A stretch of DNA of 64,000 nt from Limnochordia bacterium (GTDB lineage: Bacteria; Bacillota; Limnochordia; DTU080), in NCBI GenBank assembly GCA_050951545.1, contig JBMNJG010000011.1, forward strand, positions 256,001-320,000, written 5' to 3'. This document shows, piece by piece, positions 43,332 through 52,149 of the stretch. The position numbers and the translations under genes are program-made. Each line of letters begins with the position of its first letter. The stretch's first letter is position 1. Below the pieces are notes generated by a model. The model did not search any database and had not been told where the DNA came from. It saw nothing but the letters and a program-made list of their open reading frames with translations.

Positions 43332-45254
43332 ATGTCGAAGACGCCTCCCGAGGATGGTGGGCGCTCCCTTCATATTGCTGAAAAGCTAAAGTATGTGCCG
43401 GACAGGCCAGGCGTCTATCTGATGCGCAACGATGCAGGTGATGTCATCTACGTTGGCAAGGCTGTGTCGCTGCGCCATCGAGTGCGCTCCTACTTTCAGG
43501 AGAGTCGCGATGCCGGACCAAAAGTAGAGGCCATGGTCAGACATGTCGCCGACTTCGGCTACATCGTCACTGACTCTGAGATCGAGGCCCTGATTCTCGA
43601 GGCCAACCTGATCAAAGAAGAAGAACCGTGGTACAATATTCGGCTCAAGGACGACAAGAGTTATCCTTACCTCAAGATCACCGAGGAGCCTTTTCCGCGG
43701 GTCTTGGTAGTGCGCCGTCCAGATAGGCAAGATCGGGTGTTTGGGCCCTACACAGATTCGCGAGCGGTCCGCCAGACTCTGCAGTTTCTGCGCAAACTCT
43801 TCCCGTTGCGCACGTGTAACATCGATCTATCCGGCGAACGCAAGCATCGACCTTGTCTTCTGTACCATATCGGGCGCTGTGGTGCTCCTTGTGCTGGTCT
43901 GCAGTCTGAGAAGGAGTACGCGGAGCTCATCACTGAGGTAGAGCTGTTCCTGGAGGGGCGGCACGATCGTCTGCTGCCTAGTTTGGAGAAGAAGATGAAC
44001 GAAGCGGCGGCGCGCCTTGAGTTTGAGCGAGCGGCTCGGCTGCGTGATCAGATTCAAGCGATGGAAAAGGTAATCGAGCGCCAGAAGATTGTAACCAGTG
44101 CCAATGTGGACCAGGATGTACTGGGGCTAGCTCTTGCCGACGCGCTTGCTTGTGTGCAGGTCTTTTTCGTGCGCGGCGGCAAGGTAGTGGGCAGTGAGCA
44201 CTTCTTCCTCGACGTGGGCGAGGAAGAAGACCAAAGTGAGATCTTGCGCTCCTTTGTACAACAATACTACAATCAGACTCGATTCGTCCCTCAGGAGGTG
44301 TTGCTGCCGCTAGTCATTGAGTCAGGTGACGTGGTCGAGGCCTGGTTGAGCCGAAAACGAGGCGGCCGCGTTCACTTGCGTAGGCCACAGCGGGGTGAGA
44401 AGCGGCGACTCGTAGAGATGGTAAGCGAGAACGCTCGCTTGGTGCTGGCCGCACGGCAGGAACGCGCCAGCGCGCGCCAACGCCACAACGAAGCGGGTCT
44501 GCGGCAGTTGAAAGAGGTCCTAAGGTTAGTTGACCAACCTCAGCGCATTGAAGCCTATGACGTCTCTAACTTCCAGGGCAGCGACACAGTAGCCTCCATG
44601 GTCGTACTCCAAGATGGCGAACCCGTTCCCGCGGATTATCGGCGCTTTCGTATCCGGGGCGTGCAGGGGCCCGACGACTTTGCAGCTATGCGCGAGGTCG
44701 TTCAGCGCCGCTTTCAGCGGGCCCTGCGTGAGCAGCAGGAGCTTGCGGAGTTGGAGCCTGCTGTACGCGAGGATGCTCGAGCGAAAGCCAAGTTCGCGCA
44801 CCTGCCTGACCTGGTGCTGATCGATGGCGGCCGAGGTCAGCTCAATGCCGCGGTCAGCGTTCTCCGTGAGCTCGGACTCGGTGATCTTCCGGTTGTGGGA
44901 CTAGCCGAGCGGCTAGAGGAGATCTACATGCAAGATCAGCCAGACCCACTTCGTCTTCGCGAAGACTCTCCGGGCATTCATCTACTGCAACGTGCCCGAG
45001 ACGAGGCCCATCGGTTTGCTCTGGGGTATCACCGGCAGTTGCGTGATAGACGAACGCAGGCATCTTCGTTGGATGCGATTGAGGGCGTCGGCCCCGCCCG
45101 AAAGAGGGCGCTGATCAAGCATTTTGGCTCAGTCAAGGGTGTTCGGGAGGCTAGTTTGGCGGAGTTGCAGGCGGTTCCGGGGCTTCCACAGGTTGTGGCT
45201 CAGCGTATCTATGAGCAGCTGGGGCGTAATGAACGTTTGAGGCCTGGACCTTAA
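43332..45254 (+). CDS. uvrC: Excinuclease ABC subunit C
   Basis: GIY-YIG (PGVYLM..IYVGKA), IDGGRGQL, RDEAHRFA, HhH. Confidence 0.98.
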   Translation: MSKTPPEDGGRSLHIAEKLKYVPDRPGVYLMRNDAGDVIYVGKAVSLRHRVRSYFQESRDAGPKVEAMVRHVADFGYIVTDSEIEALILEANLIKEEEPWYNIRLKDDKSYPYLKITEEPFPRVLVVRRPDRQDRVFGPYTDSRAVRQTLQFLRKLFPLRTCNIDLSGERKHRPCLLYHIGRCGAPCAGLQSEKEYAELITEVELFLEGRHDRLLPSLEKKMNEAAARLEFERAARLRDQIQAMEKVIERQKIVTSANVDQDVLGLALADALACVQVFFVRGGKVVGSEHFFLDVGEEEDQSEILRSFVQQYYNQTRFVPQEVLLPLVIESGDVVEAWLSRKRGGRVHLRRPQRGEKRRLVEMVSENARLVLAARQERASARQRHNEAGLRQLKEVLRLVDQPQRIEAYDVSNFQGSDTVASMVVLQDGEPVPADYRRFRIRGVQGPDDFAAMREVVQRRFQRALREQQELAELEPAVREDARAKAKFAHLPDLVLIDGGRGQLNAAVSVLRELGLGDLPVVGLAERLEEIYMQDQPDPLRLREDSPGIHLLQRARDEAHRFALGYHRQLRDRRTQASSLDAIEGVGPARKRALIKHFGSVKGVREASLAELQAVPGLPQVVAQRIYEQLGRNERLRPGP

Positions 45255-45293
45255 AGAAATTGATATGCAACCTATGATATGTTCATTTACCTA

Positions 45294-45322
45294 TTGACAA
45301 TGATGACCATGCCAGGGATAAT
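45294..45322 (+). promoter_or_regulatory. sigmaA promoter for the DUF2089 operon
   Basis: TTGACA-N17-GATAAT. Confidence 0.8.
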
Positions 45323-45364
45323 GATGCTGCATGGATCGATCGATCAGTCATGCGGTGGGAGTAG

Positions 45365-45389
45365 CATGCCCGCACCGCACAACACGGTT
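45365..45389 (+). repeat. Leader motif, copy B (before the DUF2089 RBS)
   Basis: CATGCCCGCACCGCACAACACGGTT; 22/25 ungapped identity to 59918-59942. Confidence 0.75.
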
Positions 45390-45408
45390 TTTCTGGGAGG
45401 TAGGCGCG

Positions 45409-45813
45409 ATGCGCCAGCGGCAAGCACCAGGTAGATGCCCCGTCTGCGGAAGACCAATGCATGTCACCCGACTGGCTTGCGACTCTTGTGGCAGCGCCTT
45501 GGAAGGCACGTTCTCCGTGTGCCGCTTCTGCCAGCTCTCTCCCGAACAGCAGGGGTTTGTGGAGGCCTTCTTGCTCAGCCGAGGCAACATTCGTGAGATG
45601 GAGCGCGTATTGGGTGTCTCCTACCCCACGGTGCGCAGTCGCCTGGACGGAGTGATTGAGGCATTGGGGCATGAGGCGAGCCAGGACCGCGATGCTGAGG
45701 CGGAAGAGCAGAAGAGACGGCAGGTACTCGAGGCCTTGGACAAAGGCGAGTTATCGCCGCAGGAGGCTATCAAGCAGTTGAGGGAGACGACGGGGACTGA
45801 TGGAAGTGGGTAG
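45409..45813 (+). CDS. DUF2089 Zn-ribbon/HTH protein
   Basis: CPVCG..CDSC, GNIREMERVLGVSYPTVRSRL, C-terminal SHOCT-like helix. Confidence 0.9.
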   Translation: MRQRQAPGRCPVCGRPMHVTRLACDSCGSALEGTFSVCRFCQLSPEQQGFVEAFLLSRGNIREMERVLGVSYPTVRSRLDGVIEALGHEASQDRDAEAEEQKRRQVLEALDKGELSPQEAIKQLRETTGTDGSG

Positions 45814-45846
45814 TCGCTTAGCACTGGTGAAAGGGGTTGGCCAGGT

Positions 45847-46191
45847 ATGACCCAGGAGCGCATGCAGATCCTTCGGATGTTGGAGGAAGGCAAGATTAAG
45901 GCAGAAGAGGCCGAACAGCTGCTGTCTACCGTAGAGCAGAGTCAGGTACCGAGCCCGGCGCGCAGGAAGTTTCTGCGGGTGCGTGTAGTTGACGGCCAGG
46001 ATACCAAGGTGAATGTGAACATCCCTATCTCCCTGGCGAGGGTGGCCTTCCGCTTTATCCCCAGCAAGATTCTTGCAGAGAATCCAGAACTTGATCTAAA
46101 TGCTTTTGTGCGAGAGATCGAGGCTGGGGCAGAAGGCAAGCTGGTGGAGGTACAAGATGGTAGCACTACCGTAGAGATCTTCGTAGGCTGA
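45847..46191 (+). CDS. YvlB/LiaX N-terminal (SHOCT-like) domain protein
   Basis: ERMQILRMLEEGKIKAEEAEQLL, KVNVNIPISL. Confidence 0.8.
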   Translation: MTQERMQILRMLEEGKIKAEEAEQLLSTVEQSQVPSPARRKFLRVRVVDGQDTKVNVNIPISLARVAFRFIPSKILAENPELDLNAFVREIEAGAEGKLVEVQDGSTTVEIFVG

Positions 46192-46259
46192 TGTGCTGTG
46201 CCAGTCACAGATCTCGGCGGGTGAGGGTCCTCTGATGGCACGGGGACCCTCAACTGCTA

Positions 46260-46736
46260 TTGTCGAAGATGCAACGTGGAGAAGTTTCCATAGGGTTCGA
46301 TAGGAGGCGAGGGCTATTGCGTCTGACACTCAAGAACAGCTTCGTAGTAGTGTATGTGAAGAGAAAGCAGTGGCGCTTCCCCCTTTTGCTGCCTATCTCG
46401 TTACCGCTCCTTCAGGAACTTCTTCGGGCGCTAAAAACCATCCTCTGGCTCATAGGAGGCGCCACGGGAGACAGGGGGTGGTGCGTGCTGCGGGCTGGCG
46501 GCGATGCGTTGCGCCGACAGCGGTGGTTGCTGCAGGAGCAAAGCTCGCTGCTGGTGAACTTCCTGTCAGACGGGAGAGGGAGTGCTCTTAGTGCGTGGCC
46601 CGAAGAAGAAGCCGGAAAACGGGGTCGCTGGTTGGTGGTGATGGAGCGCGCTCTCGAGGATCTTCGGCGCCTGGGGCCTTTCTGCCTGGTCCGCGCGGAG
46701 ACAGCCGAAGTGAAGGTCGTGGTGCGATTAATCTGA
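46260..46736 (+). CDS. Hypothetical protein
   Basis: Fills an operon gap; FPLLLPISL and the C-terminal VKVVVRLI echo the architecture of the preceding protein. Confidence 0.5.
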   Translation: MSKMQRGEVSIGFDRRRGLLRLTLKNSFVVVYVKRKQWRFPLLLPISLPLLQELLRALKTILWLIGGATGDRGWCVLRAGGDALRRQRWLLQEQSSLLVNFLSDGRGSALSAWPEEEAGKRGRWLVVMERALEDLRRLGPFCLVRAETAEVKVVVRLI

Positions 46737-46765
46737 GGATGTATCTTTGGAGGAGGTAGGCAGCG

Positions 46766-47110
46766 ATGCGAGGGATTGTGGTTCGTTGGCTCATTAACAC
46801 CGCAGCCCTATTGGCGACAGCGAGTCTGATCAAAGGCATTGAGGTCCGAGGCGTGTGGGGTGCTCTGATAGCCGCAGGGGTGTTGGGTATTGTAAATGCG
46901 TTTATTCGGCCTGTCTTGGTTTTGCTGACGTTACCCTTTAACATCCTCACTCTAGGGTTGCTCACGTTTGTGATCAACGGCTTCATGTTACTGCTTGTGG
47001 CCAAGGTCGTGGATGGCTTCGTGGTTCAGGGCTTCTGGGCAGCGGTGATAGGTAGTCTTCTACTAAGCCTGATCAGCGGCATCATCAGCATGGTGGTGAC
47101 GGATCGGTAA
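46766..47110 (+). CDS. YvlD-like 4-TM phage-holin-family membrane protein
   Basis: NAFIRPVLVLLTLPFNILTLGL. Confidence 0.9.
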   Translation: MRGIVVRWLINTAALLATASLIKGIEVRGVWGALIAAGVLGIVNAFIRPVLVLLTLPFNILTLGLLTFVINGFMLLLVAKVVDGFVVQGFWAAVIGSLLLSLISGIISMVVTDR

Positions 47111-47919
47111 TGCGTGCTTTTGCTCCAGTGCGTTTGCTTGCTCTTGATCTCGATGACACGTTGCTTACCGAGGAGTTGAGCATCCCTCGCTCAGTAGTCT
47201 CTGCAATCGCCGCGGCCCGTGACAAGGGCGTACAGGTGGTTGTGGCCACGGGGCGCATGTTTCGGTCAGCGTTGCCCTATGCTCGTACGGCTGAGGTGGA
47301 CGGGCCCCTCATAACCTACAACGGGGCGCTAGTGCGTGCGCTGGATGGGCGGACGCTATCGCATCATCCAGTACCGATGGCAGAGGCCCAGGAGTTGGCT
47401 CTTCTCGCTGCGGAACATGGGCTGTGCCTGAATTTCTACATAGATGACGAGTTGTACGTCTCCTGCATGGATGAACGGGCGGAGTACTACCATACGATCT
47501 CAGGTGTGCCTGCACACGTTGAGCCTGATCTCTGCCGTATTCTCACGGATGCTCCCACCAAGGCACTGATTGTGGATGACCCTCCGCTCGCTGATGCATG
47601 GCGAGCCCGTTTGACCTGTCACTTTGGCGAGCGTCTGTCGGTTACCACATCTAAGCCTCGCTTTGTGGAGATCATGGCACCAGGAGTCTCCAAGGGCGTG
47701 GCCTTGGCGGAGCTGGCTGCTTCATTACGAATCGAACCCGGCAATGTAATGGCTGTCGGTGATAGCTTCAACGATCTGTCTATGCTCGCTTTCGCGGGGA
47801 TCAGCGTGGCCATGGGTAACGCCGATCCCGCGATCCAGGAACAGGTTGACTACGTTGTGGCCAGCAGTCAGCAAGGGGGAGTAGCGGAGGCGATCTCGCG
47901 GTTTATTCTTACATCGTGA
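47110..47919 (+). CDS. Cof-type HAD-IIB hydrolase
   Basis: DLDDTLL, ATGR, SKGVAL, GDSFND, AMGNA. Confidence 0.92.
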   Translation: MRAFAPVRLLALDLDDTLLTEELSIPRSVVSAIAAARDKGVQVVVATGRMFRSALPYARTAEVDGPLITYNGALVRALDGRTLSHHPVPMAEAQELALLAAEHGLCLNFYIDDELYVSCMDERAEYYHTISGVPAHVEPDLCRILTDAPTKALIVDDPPLADAWRARLTCHFGERLSVTTSKPRFVEIMAPGVSKGVALAELAASLRIEPGNVMAVGDSFNDLSMLAFAGISVAMGNADPAIQEQVDYVVASSQQGGVAEAISRFILTS

Positions 47920-47929
47920 CCGTATGCGG

Positions 47930-48175
47930 CTAGCGCCTGGCGTTGGTGATAGTAGCCACCATGGACACCTCGCCAGTTCCGTCGCGGCATGCTCGCTCAA
48001 ATAGGCGCTGCAAAGCCGAGAAGATCTCTTCTGCCTCTCCCTGCATCTCGGTATTCACTGGACCCACCGCGAAGTTCACTGCGTTGTTGTCGTTGAGCTC
48101 CCCCAGGGAAGCGTTGATCACTTGGTCGGCGTTTTCCGCTTCGATAGGGTAGAGGGCGACCTGGGCTAGGAGCAT
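47930..48175 (-). CDS. YkoF/thiamine-binding-like small protein
   Basis: AQVALYPI..VGPVNTEMQG..VSMVATITN; SD CAGGAGG. Confidence 0.75.
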   Translation of the reverse strand: MLLAQVALYPIEAENADQVINASLGELNDNNAVNFAVGPVNTEMQGEAEEIFSALQRLFERACRDGTGEVSMVATITNARR

Positions 48176-48634
48176 GATGTGCACCTCCTGATATGCGTTG
48201 TTCCTCTCGTAGTGTGACCCAATGGTGATGATGTGCATGCAGGCCCCCTTTGCGAGTATGGTCTTGGCAGCCCAAGCTCTGAGCAACATTGATGGTCGCT
48301 CTTCCTTTGGTGAGCATGTGGAAGCGATGACGCACGCCGTGAAAAACGGAGCAAGGAAGGGCTTGGCAGCACTGGAAGAATCTAAACGTTAGGAAACGGC
48401 AGGAAGTCACTGAAAAGAGCGGGAATTAACATGTGAGCGTGATGGGCCAGATGCACGAGCTCTGCGGCCACTTTTTGTAGCGGCAAAAGATGACTAACGT
48501 AGTCAGTTAGCAGGGCTCACTCTGGCGTCGCATCGGCCAGCAATGATCAAGGATTTGCCGTAGGTTGCAGTAGGATCACGAGCAAGTAGACGTAGCCTAG
48601 TCGCAGCAAGTACCAAAGGGGGATGCAATACACT

Positions 48635-49966
48635 ATGAAGAGAATCGCGATGGTGTTGGTCTCGGCGCTGGCCGTTGCGGTAACGGTTCCAGTCTTGGCG
48701 ACTGAAGTAAGCATTCAAGACGGCAAGTTGTCTGCTGGATTCACCGTGCTCAACGGTGATACTGGCACGCTGAAGGCTGAATCAAATGCAGAGGTTCAGT
48801 TGGCGGCCAGTGAAGAAGGCGGCTGGTCGGCTCAAGCCAAGTTGGAGAATCTAACGGCAACTCCTTTGCTAGGGGAGTACCGGGTGGAGTTTCACGACCC
48901 GTTGTTCCGCATCACGGCGTGGGGTAAGGGTCACGAAACCTCTGACCAAGCGGATCCGTTCGAGTTCGTGAAATCAGTAAAGAAGCATGATGGTGATTTC
49001 AAGGTACGGGCAGACGTCGGTCCGCTAACCGTCGACCTGGACGATGCCAGCAACTTCCATCTCTTTGCAGAACAGGCCATTGGCGAGCATACCCTTGGCG
49101 TAGCCGCACAGAATCAGCTGCCCTTGCGTAACGGTGTCACCGCTGTCGGCTACGGCAAGACTCAGGCAGCTGGCTTGGATGTAACTGGTGCCTTGGGTAT
49201 GACGGTGAAGGAAGGCGTGACGGATGAGAACATCGGTTACGGTGTGAGGGCTCAGGCTCCCATCGTTCCGGGTGTGACTGGCGCCGTGATCTACACCAGC
49301 CAACCGAGGAACTTCGTCAACGGCAGAAACCGCGACGAACTGAAGATAGAAGCTGAACATGAAAGCGCTCTGGTGCGGATCAATGGTTCGTATGCCAGAG
49401 CGGTACAGGCCGATGATAGGCAATTCGACGACGAGGTCATCGAAGCTGTCGGGGACTGGCGGTCTCGTGAAGGAAACCCGGACTGGGACGATCAGTTCGA
49501 GAGCGACCAGTACTTTGAGAACGTCGCTCCCGCCTTCCAGGTCCGAGTAAAGCAGACGCGCGACAACAGCCAGCCCACCCATGAGCTGACTGTAAAGGGT
49601 ACTATGCCAGTCGTCGCTGGTCGCATGTGGGTAAACGGCAGTCTGATCCATGTCGCAGACAAGGATGCTGATCTGAACGCTCAAGTCAGCAACTTGGCAG
49701 AGACTGGAACTGTTGCTTTGGCAGGTACCGCACGGCACACAACATTTCAGGCCGACGGCTATGTCCAGGCTACACAGAAGCTGAGCCTAGAGCCAGGCAT
49801 GTTGTATGTAACCGCAGGTACTGCAGGTGATTACCTCAAGCTGGGTGCCAAGGCAGGTTACCAGGTAGCTCCCTCAGGCAGACTGACAGCGGAGTACGCG
49901 CAGGACTACCTGAAGAGGAAGGGGAATGATAGTAGACTGGGAGTAGGCTTTGAGGTAGCGTTCTAG
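48635..49966 (+). CDS. Predicted outer-membrane beta-barrel protein 1
   Basis: Signal peptide, amphipathic beta-strands, C-terminal RLGVGFEVAF beta-signal. Confidence 0.7.
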   Translation: MKRIAMVLVSALAVAVTVPVLATEVSIQDGKLSAGFTVLNGDTGTLKAESNAEVQLAASEEGGWSAQAKLENLTATPLLGEYRVEFHDPLFRITAWGKGHETSDQADPFEFVKSVKKHDGDFKVRADVGPLTVDLDDASNFHLFAEQAIGEHTLGVAAQNQLPLRNGVTAVGYGKTQAAGLDVTGALGMTVKEGVTDENIGYGVRAQAPIVPGVTGAVIYTSQPRNFVNGRNRDELKIEAEHESALVRINGSYARAVQADDRQFDDEVIEAVGDWRSREGNPDWDDQFESDQYFENVAPAFQVRVKQTRDNSQPTHELTVKGTMPVVAGRMWVNGSLIHVADKDADLNAQVSNLAETGTVALAGTARHTTFQADGYVQATQKLSLEPGMLYVTAGTAGDYLKLGAKAGYQVAPSGRLTAEYAQDYLKRKGNDSRLGVGFEVAF

Positions 49967-49993
49967 GCCCTTCTGCCCGTGCAGATAAGGCAT

Positions 49994-50037
49994 GAGAGGC
50001 GACAGAGCACCTGTTGGAGGGTGCTCTGTCGCCTCTC
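49994..50037 (+). terminator. 18-bp hairpin after barrel gene 1
   Basis: GAGAGGCGACAGAGCACC / GGTGCTCTGTCGCCTCTC. Confidence 0.7.
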
Positions 50038-50579
50038 TGGCAGTCGGCGCCGGAAAGGCGGACTGCGGCGTTCTCTTCAGTACGGGCATTTTTACCCACG
50101 GTCTTTTCCAGTTGCGGAGAAGGATTCCCCTTGATAGACGGTGAATATGAGCTTCACCAACCTAGTAAGAGAGGTATCCTGCGCTATTACAGAGAAAATG
50201 TCCCGCGGTTTGGGAAGGTAATGGCGAGGACAGGAGTAATATTACTAGGGCTACGGCCGTGCATGGTGCATAGCTAGTAGATAAGGAACCAATCACACAA
50301 CGGCATACGCTCGGTAGGATCTACGTCGGAGGAAGGAGGTGTCACCCACAGTTAGACGTCGATCCGCTAAACACCGGGTTATGTACGGAAGGCATGGGGA
50401 AAAGGCTCTGTTTATCGTATTCCGATCGGGCGAAGGTAACAAAGGAGACTTCTCCTGTACGGATACACTAGCAGCAGAGTCGCTAGAACACAGGCCTTCC
50501 GAGTTTAGAGAAGAACTGTTGGGTATCGATGGTGTTCGTTATAGAATCACGAACGCAAGAAAGACAGGAGGAGTGTCAG

Positions 50580-51992
50580 ATGAAGTCGTCTTTGGTACGC
50601 AGGTCCACAGTGCTCGCTTTGGCTCTGGTCCTGGTGGCCTGCACGGGCGCGTTTGCGGCCACTATGGGCGTAGACGTTAGCACCACCCTCAGGGTGCAGA
50701 GTGCAGCCACTGATAAGCTCCTACCGCTTACTCTGGCAACAGAAACTCATGCTCTGCGCTTCCGCGCTGCCGATTCCGGCAAGTGGCTTCTGCACCTTGA
50801 TGGGGCTGCCACAGCTGCGAAAGGTGGGTTTTCCTGGAACCGTCCGTCGTTTCGGGCGCAGATCGTCACCCCGCCACGCACGTGGGACCTTTGGGGCGGT
50901 GGCTACAACCTTGGCGGTGCTAAGGCTGACCCGGCTGAGCTGATCGTCATGGGTAGCCTGGGTACGCGTCCGCTCGTTTGGGGCGGTATGGCGAACGCTG
51001 TTTCTGCTGGTCAGATGAAGATCCGCACCAGCTTCAATGTAGCTGATGTGAACATCACCACTGATGTGCACCAGCTTGCTACGGCTCGTACCAACGTTGA
51101 GGCTTACGGTGACTACAAACTCGACGCAGCTACCGTGGGCGGTGTGCTCCGTACTGCTTTCGACGCAGATCCGAAGAAGAATACCACTGGCCTGGTAGGC
51201 TTTGTGAAGACTGATCTGTCTGGCGTCCAGGTTGGCGCTTCCGCCGGTGTGCGTTTTGGTGACTCTGTCAGTGGCGACAACCTCGCCTTTGGCGTTAACG
51301 CTGAGACCAAGCTGCAGGATGGGCAGTTTGTCCTTTCCGGCGATTTTGTGAACAGACAGAAGAACTTCTACGAGCCCGACGCTCAGGATGCAGGTTTCCA
51401 GAACGGCAATGAGCGGTTCAAGAATATCGCGGCTGGCAGTGCTACTGCCGAGGGTAGCCTCCTACGGCTTACCGGGACGTGGCTTGGCGAGGCCAACAAG
51501 GGTGCGAATCCTCTCACAGCCATCAATGCTACCGCCGAGAGTGCTGCTGGTCTGAAGGGCCCAGCGTTCCAGGCGATCGTGCAGCGGACGAAGGATGCCA
51601 CACCCAATCCGCAGACCATTGTCGCTGCTCGCGCTGGCACCCGTATCCTACCGAACAACTTCTGGGTGGTCGGACAGGTGAAGGTGACCAAGGACACAGA
51701 CGGTGTGACAGCGGTCTCCGGTGTGACTGGCAAAGAGAGCCGCACCGATATCGATGGTCGTGTGCGTTACAACCTCGCTGATGTGGGTCTGAACAGCTGG
51801 TTCTTGCTCGGGCATTTCCAGAACCAGTCGGCGAACGATGGTACCAGCACCGGCACCAGCAATACGCTCAAGGCAGAGCTGATCTACAGTGCTGGTAAGG
51901 TAAAGCTGACAAGTGGTATCTCCACTGTCAAGAACTCGAGCGCAACGAAGGCTGCCAACTCGCTGTACGCCCAGTTCCAGATCAACATGTAG
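50580..51992 (+). CDS. Predicted outer-membrane beta-barrel protein 2
   Basis: Signal peptide ending AFA, beta-rich, C-terminal SLYAQFQINM; SD AGGAGG. Confidence 0.65.
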   Translation: MKSSLVRRSTVLALALVLVACTGAFAATMGVDVSTTLRVQSAATDKLLPLTLATETHALRFRAADSGKWLLHLDGAATAAKGGFSWNRPSFRAQIVTPPRTWDLWGGGYNLGGAKADPAELIVMGSLGTRPLVWGGMANAVSAGQMKIRTSFNVADVNITTDVHQLATARTNVEAYGDYKLDAATVGGVLRTAFDADPKKNTTGLVGFVKTDLSGVQVGASAGVRFGDSVSGDNLAFGVNAETKLQDGQFVLSGDFVNRQKNFYEPDAQDAGFQNGNERFKNIAAGSATAEGSLLRLTGTWLGEANKGANPLTAINATAESAAGLKGPAFQAIVQRTKDATPNPQTIVAARAGTRILPNNFWVVGQVKVTKDTDGVTAVSGVTGKESRTDIDGRVRYNLADVGLNSWFLLGHFQNQSANDGTSTGTSNTLKAELIYSAGKVKLTSGISTVKNSSATKAANSLYAQFQINM

Positions 51993-52037
51993 GTCAAGCG
52001 ATATCTGGTATAGCACTTCGCTATACGAGGTAGATGT

Positions 52038-52071
52038 GGAGAAGAGTCCGGCTGTAGCCGGGCTCTTTTCC
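52038..52071 (+). terminator. Terminator after barrel gene 2
   Basis: GAAGAGTCCGGCT-GT-AGCCGGGCTCTTTT. Confidence 0.7.
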
Positions 52072-52149
52072 GCTTACTGATGCCTATACCCCTACCCCTG
52101 CAGGAGAGTGCTCTTCGGCGGCGAAGGTTAGAGTGACTGACGGGGAGAG

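Noticed and set aside
46766-47110. Holin suggesting a prophage
   Set aside because: YvlD-type chromosomal membrane protein; no phage genes nearby
48176-48400. TPP riboswitch upstream of the YkoF-like gene
   Set aside because: No CTGAGA core or TPP architecture found on the minus strand
50339-50680. 113-aa ORF in the barrel 2 leader
   Set aside because: Its start codon lies inside the SD itself, it overlaps the real gene out of frame and it has no recognisable features
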